A stretch of DNA of 64,000 bases, from contig NC_092672.1 in NCBI RefSeq assembly GCF_964355755.1, forward strand, positions 4,836,001 to 4,900,000. Reading direction: 5' to 3'. The translations under genes were made by a program, and so were the position numbers. The stretch is from Antedon mediterranea. Its lineage: Eukaryota; Animalia; Echinodermata. How positions within the stretch are numbered: the stretch's first letter is position 1; each line of letters starts with the position of its first letter. This document shows positions 1-12,168 of the stretch, piece after piece. The notes beneath the pieces are model-generated. The model was not told the DNA's origin. It made no database searches and worked only from the letters and a program-made list of their open reading frames with translations.

Positions 1-127
1 TGAACAATTAAACAGTTTTGCCTACGTTGTTTTCTTGGTTTTGGTAAAGGTTCTAGATTTATTAACTAGGCCTAACCTGGTATTATACTAGTAATCCCGG
101 GTTAACATTGACATGGACCATGACTTA

Positions 128-272
128 GGCCGTGTTTCCGCAGCAAAAATGAACCGATAATTAACTGATAAAACTTCCTGTGGAAACGGGGTTTAACCGA
201 TTCTGCTTGAGAAAAATTAACCGATAATTATCTCATTCAAATCAGATAATTTTCGGTTAATTAAACACAACC
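128..272. mobile_element. MITE, PIF/Harbinger-like (GGCCGTGTTTCC end, TTA TSD)
   Basis: TTA (125-127) GGCCGTGTTTCC...AAACACAACC TTA (273-275); internal AACCGATAATT repeats. The related copy at 20715-20862 has the perfect complementary end GGAAACACGGCC+TTA. Confidence 0.65.
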
Positions 273-499
273 TTACAATTGTAGATAAAATAGGCCTATA
301 CGGTATGTTGCCTACCAATTTCATTTACTATGTCAACATAGCCAGCTGTGGTATAATAGCATAGCACATTACCTTAAATTAATGTTAATCTATTATTTTA
401 TGGTAACCATTATACAATTATATTCGCAGCGAGTGAATTAGGTATACGATAGTACAAAAAAAAGAGACATGCGCACATGTCTCTATACTGAAAACAAGT

Positions 500-1441
500 C
501 TAGTTTGTTGTTTTAGATGTGGTACAGTACGTTTTGTTAAAAAGACGGCGTAGAGCACATGAAAATGTCCGCAGACGACAAAAATATATGAAAGGATTCA
601 CCGCAGAGTTCATATTAATAAGAACTTCTGCAATCAGATAATACCAATATACGTCTGACCTTTGGTACCCGAATGCAAAATATACGATCGGTCTCAGAGC
701 ATGAGGCAAATATGTAATACCGAAAGCACCGACGATCAAAGCACTTGTTTTAGCCGCTTTCAATCTTTTATGGACAGCCTTACGTGCAATTATCGAAGTA
801 AGTGCTTTGTTCTTCTCGTGTTTCCTTGCCTTTAAAACAATTCTGAAATACATTACAATCAGCAAGATTGTACCAATCGACACCATAACTAAACTTATAA
901 AACTTTGAGCCATACGGGCGCGTTGATCCAACTCATAGCAGAAGAAACGGTCCTCGATTTTGTTCATTTCCCCAAAGAGTAGTATCATGCCGTACAAACA
1001 ACCTAGAATCCATGCCAAAACAACAGAAGAGTAGATTCTACGGAGAGTTATAAGTCGATGATATTGTAGTGGGTTCACTATAGAAACGTAGCGATCCACG
1101 GTGATTAACAGAAGGTGACAAAAGGAAACGGCGATAAAAACAGTTGAAGGAATGTACTGCAAGTAACATTGACTGGGTAAGTAGAGAGATCTCCGTTCTA
1201 TTGAACCCCACATAAACATGGGTACTGCGATCATTCCTGTGAGTAGGTCCACAAACGCTAAGCTTCCTATTAAAATAAACTGTGGTTGGTAAAAACTTCG
1301 AGTTTGTCGAATTACAAAAAGAACAAGTGCGTTCCCTGCAATAATAAATAACGCCAATGGTATATACACTGATAGAGAAACAATTAAATTATCTCTTATT
1401 TCGTCAGTTGTGACATTTCTGCTCATATACATTTCATCCAT
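500..1441 (-). CDS. intronless class A GPCR, olfactory-receptor-like (type A), 313 aa
   Basis: 7 hydrophobic segments; GN (TM1), LAFVD (TM2), C3.25, DRY, KAAKT, NPFIY; N-terminal NVT sequon. Confidence 0.93.
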   Translation of the reverse strand: MDEMYMSRNVTTDEIRDNLIVSLSVYIPLALFIIAGNALVLFVIRQTRSFYQPQFILIGSLAFVDLLTGMIAVPMFMWGSIERRSLYLPSQCYLQYIPSTVFIAVSFCHLLLITVDRYVSIVNPLQYHRLITLRRIYSSVVLAWILGCLYGMILLFGEMNKIEDRFFCYELDQRARMAQSFISLVMVSIGTILLIVMYFRIVLKARKHEKNKALTSIIARKAVHKRLKAAKTSALIVGAFGITYLPHALRPIVYFAFGYQRSDVYWYYLIAEVLINMNSAVNPFIYFCRLRTFSCALRRLFNKTYCTTSKTTN

Positions 1442-2282
1442 TGTGTACAGAATACAGTAATATTATAAATAAAAATTATATTGAATCAACTTGTTATATA
1501 ACGTTGAACCAACCATTTCCTGTAACAAACATCCAATCAACAATATACCACGGATTTCTGATTCCATGTATCAAACAATTGAACTCATTATAAAAACAAA
1601 CCGTAATATCAGAAATAAAATGTGTAATTTTCCTTAGAATCTATTATTCATAAAACCACAACCTCCTCTAACTAACAACCAATTTGTAGGGACCTACAAT
1701 GCGTGCACGTAATGCTAATGATTCCATGAATTTATTGTTAGAAATAACTCAACATTTCTATCTCAACCGTATGACCAAAACTCGCGTCGTTTGAGATAGT
1801 ACACCTTTTAATTCTTCTTTAGCCATTTTGCTATCTTAGGACGACATCCTTTTGAAAAAATACCGAATTGTGTAATTCTCTTCTTTTTATATCTATAGGC
1901 CTATTAATGCTACTAAATTGGTCGCGTAATGTCACGTATTTCCACCGAAACTGCTGAATGGTACGTGCTCACATTTGGCACACTAATGTTTCTTGATGGG
2001 CCGCACACAATATGCTATCTCACTTTCCTGAATTTTATGGATAAATACTTTAAAAAAGGCAAAAAAAAACCAGTAATCTGACGTCCCAGCGGTTATGTTT
2101 TACGAGTTGTTACGTCACGTATCAACTACGCAATCTTCTATGTTGTGTACCGCAATGGCCGGATCTAAATACCATGTCGGGCCACCAAATTAAAATAATG
2201 TTTAGTCTCGGCAGCCGGCCAACCGTATCGACTGATTGAATCGTTGGAGTTTTAATTAATTACATCTGGAACATAATGTATT

Positions 2283-2470
2283 TATGTTAAGAAATGAATA
2301 CATTAAGAAATGAATATGTTAAGAAATGAATATACATTAAGAACTGAATATATGAAGAAATGAATATGTTATGGAATGAAAACATTAAGAATTGAATATG
2401 TTAAGAAATAAATATGTTAAATAATAAATGTGTCATGAAATGAATATGTTACTAAATGATTATGTTATAA
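2283..2470. repeat. AT-rich minisatellite (~14-16 bp TAAGAAATGAATATGT units)
   Basis: Visible tandem units; the duplicate at 24751-25070 has more units. Confidence 0.8.
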
Positions 2471-3004
2471 AATGTCATTAAGAAAAGAACATTATATTTT
2501 AGTCAAAAAAGAAAAAATAATAATGTATTTCGTAATTCACGGTTATCTCAGTGAGTAAAACGTGGCCATTGATATCAATGCTAAGCACAGTCGAGTTCGA
2601 ATCCGCAAAACTGTTACTTATTTAAAAAGTGTGAGGTCGTTTTTTTTATTGGGTTTCCGCAGCCAGAAATTCTCCAGCCCATTTGATACAATTTCTGATT
2701 TAAAAAAATGTAATCGCAGTCGCTTTTAAAAACGCCACCTATTTTCAATACTTGTGATCACATGATATGATGGCATTTTTGTGAAAAAGCTTGGATCCCC
2801 TTGATTTAGGATATTTCGACCTCCCGTTGATTACGAAATTCGGCCATCTAAGCCTTTAATTTGCATAATTAAAAATGGCGGCCACTTTTTAATAACTACT
2901 CTATATCTTGAAAACCACTAGTCACAGATAATTATTCAGTGGATATACTGTACCACACAGTTAATGCATCAACAACAATCAACAATTCATTTTATTTCCT
3001 TATA

Positions 3005-3070
3005 AAACAAACAATTAAATTATCTCTTATTTCGTCAGTCGTAATATTTCTGCATTTTATCCTTTATGTC
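3005..3070 (-). pseudogene. GPCR N-terminal stub
   Basis: AACAATTAAATTATCTCTTATTTCGTCAGTCGTAATATTTCTG matches the RNITTDEIRDNLI-coding segment; lies between two ~70-bp direct repeats (about 2935-3007 and 3137-3211). Confidence 0.6.
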
Positions 3071-4417
3071 CAGAATATATAATTACTGTAAACAAGATGA
3101 TATTAAACCAATCTTTTCCTCCAACTAAAAACAACCAATCAGTGGGTATACTGTACCACACAGTTCATGCATCAACAACAATCAACAATTCATTTTATTT
3201 CCTTATAAAACTATTAAATAATAATACTGTAAACAATATAAAAACAACAATTTGCAAATTTCCTTATACTCTTTAATTATTCATACAAAGCACAGCATAA
3301 TTTTCAATTAGTTTCAGTATAAAATGTTATCTTATAAAAACACGAAATTTATTGAGATTTTTCTAAAACATATAAATAATATAATTTATTGACAAAAACA
3401 AAACAAATTCCTAAAACAATGAATTCAGATATTTTATCAATTTTAAAGCATTAAAGATGTGGAAAATGACTGTATGTTGTCAACTACATTTGATAAACTG
3501 GAAATTCTCGTTACTTTATCTAATTAATCGTTTAGACCTACACTCTAAAAGTATGTTTTTAAACTCTAAACACTTTTTAAACACTTCCTTGCTAACATGT
3601 TTAATGTGTAATGTTTACATAATTTAAACATGGTGTTCAGACATCTGACCTTTAGATAATTCCAATTTAGTGTTTAGATATATCTATTGCTCAGTCCAAA
3701 ATAATGAAAACAAATGTTAGGATCTTTTTTAATTGCTGCGTATTGTATTCAATCGATCGCAAGTATAAACAAAAACTGCTACGGAATATGATAATTTGGT
3801 CCCATCTTTGCAACAACCCAGACATTATTAAAAATAATGAAACACAGTTGAATACTGTACATAGGCTTACTTAAAATTACAAAATATAAACATTTTGGCA
3901 ACAATTGTGTTTTAAGGTTTAAGAACATTTAACTGTGTCCTATCAACATCTAGCACATATTGAACTGAATGAGGAATTAATTCCAATTTAAACAATACTG
4001 CTACGGTATGCCTCATAACGAGGTAAATAAACATGATAATTAAAAAGTTGCGTTTAAATCCAATATTCCTATTTGTCAGTGTCAATTTACTTTTAAAATT
4101 TCTTGCATTTATGCAAAATGACTACAAGCAAATGACGTAATGGTCTCAATTCTTGTTTTCTGAACAATCGTGTACAAAAAATCAACAAAAATACTGAAAC
4201 TCCTGACCTTGGGTAATATGAACTATGATGAACAAATTACCCGAACTAACTACAAACGTCGTTAATACAGAACAGTAAGCAAGTTTATCTTAAAGATGAA
4301 AATATACAGTAGTAGATAAAGCACAACAAAATCTTGACAACAACTCCGTGATACTTTGCAGTGACATACTGTTACGAGTGTGCGAATTGACGTCGGTAGG
4401 CATATTAGAGAAAAACC

Positions 4418-5335
4418 TCAAGCTCTAGTAAAACAGTTGTTTAAAAGACGACGCAGAGCACATGAAAATAGCTGTACACGCCAAACGTATATGAACGGAT
4501 TCACCGCAGAGTTCATGTAAAGAAGAGCGTCTTCAATCAGATCATACCAATGCAAGCGTGACTCTCCGTATTCCGGTACTAAATATACGACCGGTTTCAG
4601 AGCATAAGGCAAAAACGCAATAGCGAATGCAACGATGATCAGGGCACTTGTTTTAGCTGCTTTGTATCTTTTACGAATAAGATTACGTGTGCTCACCGTA
4701 CCGACTCTCATTTTCTCATATTTCCTTGCTACAAAAACAATTCTGGAATACATTACGATCATTAAGATTGTACCAATCGACACCACGCATGAAATAGTGT
4801 ACCTTTGACCTGCAAGAGCACGTTGATCCACCTGGTAGCAAAAGGAAATTCCTTCAATCTTTTTTAGATTTCCGAACACTAATACCATGGTGCCGTAAAA
4901 ACAACATATAATCCATGAAATCGCAATGGCAAAGTAGATTTTACGGAGTTGCATAAATTGACGATGCTGTAGCGGGCTCACAATAGAAACGTAGCGATCT
5001 ACGGTGATTAACAGAAGGTGGAAAAAGGAGACGGAGACAAAAATCACTGAAGGAATGTACTGCAAGTGGCAGTTAATCCGTACGAAGAGAGACTTCTGTA
5101 AGATAGCAGACCACATATGCATAGGTACGGCGATAATTCCTGTGAGTAGGTCCACAAACGCTAAGCTTCTTAGTAAAACAAACTGTGGTTTGTCATAACT
5201 TTTAGTTTGTCGAATCAAAAAAAGAACAAGTGCGTTCCCAGCAATAATTAATAACGCCAATGGTGTATACACGGATAGAACAAAGATTAAATTATCTCTC
5301 ATTTCGTCTGTGGTTGCATTGTTGCTTCCAGTCAT
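4418..5335 (-). CDS. intronless class A GPCR, OR-like (type B), 305 aa
   Basis: Complete 7TM ORF with LAFVD, DRY, KAAKT, NPFIY. Confidence 0.93.
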   Translation of the reverse strand: MTGSNNATTDEMRDNLIFVLSVYTPLALLIIAGNALVLFLIRQTKSYDKPQFVLLRSLAFVDLLTGIIAVPMHMWSAILQKSLFVRINCHLQYIPSVIFVSVSFFHLLLITVDRYVSIVSPLQHRQFMQLRKIYFAIAISWIICCFYGTMVLVFGNLKKIEGISFCYQVDQRALAGQRYTISCVVSIGTILMIVMYSRIVFVARKYEKMRVGTVSTRNLIRKRYKAAKTSALIIVAFAIAFLPYALKPVVYLVPEYGESRLHWYDLIEDALLYMNSAVNPFIYVWRVQLFSCALRRLLNNCFTRA

Positions 5336-5914
5336 TGTGTTCAGAATACACAGTGAGATTATTATAAATAAAAATGTATTGAATCAACTTGTTACATAAC
5401 AAAACCAACCTTTTCATTTAACATCTAACGAGTAAATAATGTCACGCAATTCCTGATACAATTTATCAAACAAATTTCCTGAAACAAATGCAGTAACATA
5501 AAAAAATAAATAGTAACTTAATAAACTCCAACCAATCAGTATAGGCCTAAACAAAAACTGCTACAGAATATGGTAATTTGATCCTATCTTCGCAACAACC
5601 CAGACAAGATATAAAACAAATAATGAAACACAGTTGATTACTGTACATACGCTTACTTAAAATTACAAAATATAAACATTTTTGGCAACAACAGTGTTTT
5701 AAGGTTTTATTCAGGACATTTAACTGTAGGCCTATCAACATCTGCGCATATTGAACTGAATGAGGAAATAATTACAGTTTGAACCACACTTCTTGCTTCA
5801 TAAGGTAAATAAACATGATAATTAAAAAGTTGCATTTAAATCCAATCTTCCTATTAGTCAGTGTCAACTTACTTTAAATATTTAAATTTTTTTTAAACGA
5901 TTTAGTTTATGAAT

Positions 5915-6043
5915 GCTCTGTCTACACTATTACATTTTATGTGACAAATAATTGTGATGCACCCATACTATATGGACACGATGATGTCATACCACTACCA
6001 TATTTGGGCACATCAAAATTGTTTGATAGTATAGACAGAGCTT
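5915..6043. mobile_element. MITE ((AA)GCTCTGTCTACACTAT family)
   Basis: GCTCTGTCTACACTAT...ATAGTATAGACAGAGCTT inverted ends; same family at 28349-28478 and 56461-56600. Confidence 0.7.
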
Positions 6044-6314
6044 TATGCTTGTTTACCAAACAATCGCATTTAAAAATCATTAACAACACTGACCTAGTAA
6101 TGTACTATAACAAATTACCTAAGCTAAATACAAACGTTAATACAGAACAGCAAGCAAGTTTATCTTAAAGATGAAAATATTGTAGGCCTAGATAAAGCAA
6201 AACAAAATCTTGATAACAAATCCTTGTACACTTTACAGCGCGCGACATACTGGTACGATTGTGTCTGAAATGACGTCGGTAGCCATATTAGAGACAAACC
6301 TCGGTCGTTAATTT

Positions 6315-7226
6315 TCAAGCTCTAGTAGAACAGTTGTTTAAAAGACGACGCAGAGCACATGAAAATTGTTGTAGACGGCAAACATATATAAACGGATTCA
6401 CCGCAGAGTTCATATAAACAAGAACGTCTGCAATCAGATCATACCAATACAATAAGTCTGACGGTTGATATATCAAATATAGGACCGGTTTCAGAGTACA
6501 AGGCAAAAACGCAATAGCGAATGCAACGATGATAAGGGCACTTGTTTTAGCTGCTTTGTATCTTTTACGAATAAGATTACGTGTACTCATCGTACCGACT
6601 CTCATTTTCTCATATTTCCTTGCTACAAAAACAATTCTGGAATACATTACGATCATTAAGATTGTACCAATCGACACAAGACATAAAGCAATGTACCTTT
6701 GAGCTGTATCAGCACGTTGATCCACCTGGTAGCAAAAGAAAATTCCTTCAATCTTTTTTAGTTTTCCAAAATATGCTACCATGCCATAAAAACAACTTAT
6801 AATCCATGAAATAGCAATGGCAGAGTAGATTTTACGGAGTTCCATAAATTTACGATGCTGTAGCGGGCTCACAATAGAAACGTACCGATCCGCAGTGATT
6901 AACAGAAGGTGAAAAAAGGAGACTGAGACAAAAATGTTTGAAGGAACGTACTGCAAGTGGCAGTAATTCCGTACGAAGAGAGACTTCTGTAAGATAGCAG
7001 TCCACATAAACATTGGTACGGCGATAATTCCTGTGAGTAGGTCCACAAACGCTAAGCTTCCTAGTAAAACATATTGAGGTTTGTCATAACTTTTAGTTTG
7101 TCGAATCAAAAAAAGAACAAGTGCGTTCCCAGCAATAATAAATAACGCTAGTGGTATATACATGGATAGAACAAACATTAAATTATCTCTCATTTCGTCT
7201 GTGGTTGCATTGCTGCTTCCAGCCAT
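6315..7226 (-). CDS. intronless class A GPCR, OR-like (type B'), 303 aa
   Basis: Complete 7TM ORF. ATG at 7226 (MAGSSNATT) chosen by homology to paralogs; the ORF-track extension to 7331 is not conserved. Confidence 0.92.
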   Translation of the reverse strand: MAGSSNATTDEMRDNLMFVLSMYIPLALFIIAGNALVLFLIRQTKSYDKPQYVLLGSLAFVDLLTGIIAVPMFMWTAILQKSLFVRNYCHLQYVPSNIFVSVSFFHLLLITADRYVSIVSPLQHRKFMELRKIYSAIAISWIISCFYGMVAYFGKLKKIEGIFFCYQVDQRADTAQRYIALCLVSIGTILMIVMYSRIVFVARKYEKMRVGTMSTRNLIRKRYKAAKTSALIIVAFAIAFLPCTLKPVLYLIYQPSDLLYWYDLIADVLVYMNSAVNPFIYVCRLQQFSCALRRLLNNCSTRA

Positions 7227-7520
7227 TGTGTTCAGAAACACAGTGAGATTATTATAAATAAGAAGGTATTGAATCAACTTGTTATATAACGAAAACCAAC
7301 CCTCTCCTTTAACCGCTAACGAGTATATCATGCTACGTAATTACCTGATACTATTTATCAAACAAATTCCCAGAAACAAAAACAGTATTATCAAAAATAA
7401 AATGTAATAACTTAATAAACCACAACCAATTTCCTGTAACTCTAACATCCAATACGAGGGGCCACAGTGCGTGCACATAATTCCGTAATTTCATGAATGA
7501 ACTAGAAGTAACTCAAAATA

Positions 7521-8308
7521 AAACAAGGCCAACAGCCATTAAGTCGCGTGCTACAATGCATAGTGATACCGGACCGACAGACAGACCGACAGACCGACAG
7601 ACAGACCGACAGACAGACAGACAGAGAGACCGACCGACCAACATAGTGAACTATACTGACCGAAATTACTGAACATGTTTAAAAATGTTGAAATGTTTAA
7701 AAACATTTATTTTTTTTTAATTTACACGTGCGTAGCCTGTCACTTTCGACGTGCTCGTATAACGTAATTTCAAGTTGAAAAGTAAGTCAAGAAAACAGAA
7801 ATCGGGCAAAAAGAGTGCGCAATAACATTTAACGCGCAGTGCGCGCGCAAAAATATGCGCACTCATGGCAATTTTTTAAACGCTTATTTCATCGAAAATA
7901 AATTTTGAAAATGTTAAGCGCGCGTACGCATGCGTTACATGCGCTACGCACGTAATTGTATTGCCATATGATGATTTATGCCCTGAAATTTATTATTACC
8001 AAATTTTATTTAATTGTGATTCATGGTTGTGAAGATATGATTACAAACGTGATTTCGTTAAATCGTGCGTAGACCGCGTAATTTTTTATTGCGCACCGTG
8101 AAAACATAACCACATTGATTCCTGGCCATAAGGAATATACTGTGAAAAATTGACCTAGCTAGATTAAACTGATATCAAGATAAGGTCAGAAAGCGATAAA
8201 ACGCATAGTGATACCGGACCGACAGACAGACAGACAGACCGACAGACCGACAGACAGACCGACCGACCGACATAGTGAACTATAGAGTCGCTTCCACGCG
8301 ACTAAAAA
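7521..8308. mobile_element. Helentron-associated (HINE/DINE-1-like) non-autonomous element with (GACA/GACC)n microsatellites
   Basis: Starts AAACAAG; subterminal AGTCGCGTG (7542-7550) complementary to CACGCGACT; terminal hairpin 8286-8303 followed by an A run; two GACA/GACC tracts; no TSD seen. Confidence 0.6.
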
Positions 8309-8530
8309 GTAACGCAAGATACAAGCCCACATATATGTATGGGTACGGCGATAATTCCTGTGAGTAGGTCTACAAACGCTAAGCTTCCTAGTAAAATGAA
8401 TTTGTCAAAACGTAGAGTTTGTCGAATAAACAAAACAAGTGCATTCCCAGAAACAATAACTAATGCCAATGGTATATATACTGATTTCGTCAGTCGTAAT
8501 ATTTCTGCTTATAGGCATTTCAACTATTAT
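8309..8530 (-). pseudogene. truncated GPCR fragment (N-terminus to TM2)
   Basis: Retains ...GNALVL..IRQT..LGSLAFVDLLTGIIAVP with internal deletions; sequence stops at the HINE-like element. Confidence 0.8.
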
Positions 8531-8707
8531 GTCAAGAATATGTAATTACTGTTTTGAAAAACAAGATGATATTGAACCAATCTTTTCCTCCAACTAAACA
8601 CCCATATCAGTGGGTATACTGTACCACCCAGTTCATGCATCAACAATTCATTTCCTTATAAAACTATTTTCTAAAATTTGACAATTTCCTTAATACGCAA
8701 ACAATGT

Positions 8708-8882
8708 CTTGGTTCCCACTAGAACGTAACGCAAGGACGTAAACGCAACGCAAGCGTTTTAACCAATGACAAGCGAAGTTATAGACAGTTAGCAATCACA
8801 AGCGAATAAGCCATCGCTTGTGATTGGTCAATTCACTTGCGTTGCGTTACGTCCTTGCGTTGCGTCACTAGTGGGAACCAAG
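8708..8882. mobile_element. palindromic MITE (CTTGGTTCCCACTAG ends)
   Basis: CTTGGTTCCCACTAG...CTAGTGGGAACCAAG with long internal inverted arms (AACGCAAGGACGT / ACGTCCTTGCGTT). Confidence 0.75.
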
Positions 8883-10031
8883 CTTTAGAGACTATGTAGA
8901 AAATTTCCTTAATACGCAAACAATGTCACTAAGGGTTCATCATGAATTGTATAATTCTCCTTCCTTTTATATAATATATTCATACAAATGTCACATCTTT
9001 TCTTCTTTTGTTGCGGTATTACTTGATACATTGTAATCACAAATGACATGTATTCTTACGCATAAACAAGGTTTAAAGAGGACATATAAATACATGAGAA
9101 GCATTGACAGCAAGACAAGTTCCCAAAACTCTGAACTTGTCTATCAAACAGCTATTTTTAATTTCAGATCATGTTATTCAACATCATGTATTATAGGCTA
9201 CTGGTGTCAACTGTGACAACAGGGATATTTTCAAAAACTATCTTAAGAAAAGTAGATGTGACACCTGAAAAAGTTGAATGCTGCATAGAATACCCAATCA
9301 GTGGATATACTGTAGCACACAGTTCACGCATCAACAATTCATTTCCTTATAAAACTATTTTCTAAAATTTGGAAATTTCCTTAATATTTTTTTATTATTC
9401 ATACAAAGTAGGCCTATTACATATTCAGTTTGTTTCATTATTACATGATATCTTGTAAAAACAATCAAACAACTGTCTAAACCCGAAATTAATTGAGATT
9501 TTATATTTCATTATATGTATGTATATAAGATATAATATATTGACAAAACAAAACAAATTCCCCAAAAAATTGAATTCAGATATTTTTATTTTATAAATGT
9601 TAACGCATGTGGAAAAATTACTGTATGTTGTCAACTGCATGTGGAAAACTGGAAATTCCCATTTATTTTTCTAAATATATGGACACTCTAGGCCCTAAAC
9701 ACATTTTTTGCTACCATTTTATAAACACTGCGATGTTTAGATATCCAATGCAAAAACGTAAGCATGTCTCTACTGAAAATAAGTCTCGCTTGTTGTTTGT
9801 TTAGCTGCCGTACGTTTTTTTTTTTGCAAGGCTAGCCTATCCCGTTCGAAAACGTTATTACAGAACAGGTTTTCTTTTACCTGTGTAATCCTGTATAAAG
9901 ATTTTGTTAAATAACAAGTTTATTTGTAAGTATAAAAGTAGATAAAGCAAAACAAAATGGAGACATACATTACCTATGTACACCTGCCATCGATGTGTAT
10001 GTCAGTTGTAATTGGAAAAGTACATTTCCCT

Positions 10032-10985
10032 TTAAAGACAAGTCTCGGTTGTTGATAGTGTAGCCGTAATAGGCGATTTGTTAACAAGGCGGCGCAGAGC
10101 ACGTGAAAATGGCTGTAGACGCCAAACATAAATAAACGGATTCACCGCAGAGCTCAAATTGACAAGAAGTTCTGCAATGAGAACATACCAATACATGTCT
10201 GACTGTTGGTGTACAAGTAAATATACGACCGGTTGAAGAGCATGGGGAAAAAACGTAATACCGAATGCACAGATGACCAACGCACTTGTTTTAGCTGCTT
10301 TGGATCTCTTACGAACAATTTTACGTGTGCTGACGGGAATACAGATTATGTTTTTTTCATGTTTTCTTGCTTCTACAACAATTCTGAAATACAATATCAT
10401 CAACAGGATTGTACCAATCGCCACCAAGACTAAAGTTACGTAACGTTGAACTTCAATAGCGCGTCGACTAATCTGGTAGCAGAAGAAAATGCCCTCAATC
10501 TTGTCCACTTTCCAGAACACTTCCATGGTTCCGTAAAAAATACCCATTATCCATGACAAAGCAATAGAGAAATAGATTCTATGGAGAGTTATATGTTTAT
10601 AATAGTGTAGTGGTTTTATTATAGAAACGTAGCGATCCATTGTGATTAACAAAAGGTGGAACCAAGACACTGCAATAAAGACCTTTGTAGGAATGTACTG
10701 CAAGTGACAATTATTCTGTAGGTAGAGAGATCTGCGTGAGATACAAGCCCACATAAACATTGGTACGGCGATAATTCCTGTGAGTAGGTCCACAAACGCT
10801 AAGCTTCCAAGTAAAACAAACTGTGGTTCTTCAAAACTTCTACTAGTCTGTCGAATTACAAAAAGAACAAGTGCGTTTCCAACAATAATAACTAAATCCA
10901 ATGGTATATACACTGTTAGAACAAAAATTAAATTATCTCTCATTTCGTCTGTCGTGATATTTCTGCGTATTGGCATTTCATCCAT
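10032..10985 (-). CDS. intronless class A GPCR, OR-like (type C), 317 aa
   Basis: Complete 7TM ORF; ATG of MDEMP is homologous to paralog starts (an in-frame ATG also exists at 10994). Confidence 0.92.
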   Translation of the reverse strand: MDEMPIRRNITTDEMRDNLIFVLTVYIPLDLVIIVGNALVLFVIRQTSRSFEEPQFVLLGSLAFVDLLTGIIAVPMFMWACISRRSLYLQNNCHLQYIPTKVFIAVSWFHLLLITMDRYVSIIKPLHYYKHITLHRIYFSIALSWIMGIFYGTMEVFWKVDKIEGIFFCYQISRRAIEVQRYVTLVLVAIGTILLMILYFRIVVEARKHEKNIICIPVSTRKIVRKRSKAAKTSALVICAFGITFFPHALQPVVYLLVHQQSDMYWYVLIAELLVNLSSAVNPFIYVWRLQPFSRALRRLVNKSPITATLSTTETCL

Positions 10986-11439
10986 TGTGTTCATGGGATC
11001 CAGGATATGAAATTACTTAATGGTATTGAATCAACTTGGTATATAGTCAAACCAACCTTTTCCTCTACTCCAATTAAAACACCCAACCAGCGGATACTGC
11101 ATCAACTCTTTTACTGTATGCATCAACAATTTATTTCCGTAATATAAAATAATACTGTAAACAAGCACTGATATCTGTAAGCTTTAATTTAATTATTCAT
11201 ACGAAGTATTGCATTTCAGCTTGTTTCGGTTATTGTCTAAATCCGAATAAAGTTGAGAACACGAAACCAATTTTCCTACGCACAAAATATCTATGTTTGT
11301 GATATATAACATATTGACAAAAACAAAACAAATTTCCAAAACACTGAATTCAGATATTTTTATTTTACCAACCATAACGCATTATATATAAGCCTAAAGA
11401 AAGTTACTGCATGTTGTCCGACTACAGTCAAGTATACCT

Positions 11440-11580
11440 AAAAGAGGAAGATAAATCGAGGCCCGGCCTGTCTCAGAGAAATGGAGAAGAACTCTAGTGA
11501 AAAGGTTGGAAGGAAGAGGACTTTTGACACAGCCCCTCGAACTGCAGCAGACATAGCTAAATGGAGAACATACGTTTCTT
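11440..11580 (+). mobile_element. degenerate 3' fragment of an RTE-like LINE
   Basis: Degraded coding for RG(R)P...KWRRT...TAADIAKWR, resembling the RTE ORF C-terminus; duplicated at ~32480-32625. Confidence 0.45.
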
Positions 11581-12168
11581 CATGTTGTAACTACATGTTG
11601 AAATGCCCTCGTGCACACTAGATTGAACTGAATGAGGAATTCATTCAAAACAAAATACTTGTATGACAATTAAAAGCTTGTGTTTAAATCCAATATTTCA
11701 TTATATTTACCATGTCAAATTAATTTCTTTTTTGAATTAACTATTTAGTTTACATAATTATGTGCAATTCTAATTCTAAACTCCTCATTCGCGCTTTTTT
11801 TTCTCAAAATAGTCACGTGCAATAACAAATCAATAAAAGTGAACGACTGGCCTCAGTAATATGAACTGATCATACGACAAATTATTGAGCTGCAAATTAA
11901 GTACAGATCAGTAAACAAGTTTATGATTAAAATGGTAGAAAAAGCAAACAATTTTTTTTTACAATAAATACGCGTACACTAATAATAAAAATTGAAAGTT
12001 AAACAATAATGTCAGTTGTACTGCATTATTACATTAATATTAAGTGCAATGCATTGTAAATGAACATTTTTACTGGTGAAGAAATAAAAGTGGTTTTAAA
12101 CAAGACAAAACAAAAATAAATACGCATACACTTTGCAGCGACATGCAGATTGTGTCTAAAAAGAAGTC

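Noticed and set aside
500-1441. Naming the receptors as adrenergic, histamine, TAAR or adenosine receptors
   Set aside because: No D3.32 and no CWxP Trp; resemblance is generic class A, so no gene symbol is assigned.
5349-5376. Perfect CACAGTG + 12 bp + ATAAAAATG just upstream of the type B ATG (also ~7239, ~27731)
   Set aside because: The nonamer match (6/9) is easily reached in AT-rich DNA, other paralogs have TACAGTA or CACAGTC here, and no partner signal is evident. Treated as a chance cryptic RSS.
7227-7331. N-terminal extensions in the ORF track (also 32025-32129, 49538-49621)
   Set aside because: Not conserved in frame among paralogs; the homologous ATG (MDE/MAG/MDK) is downstream.
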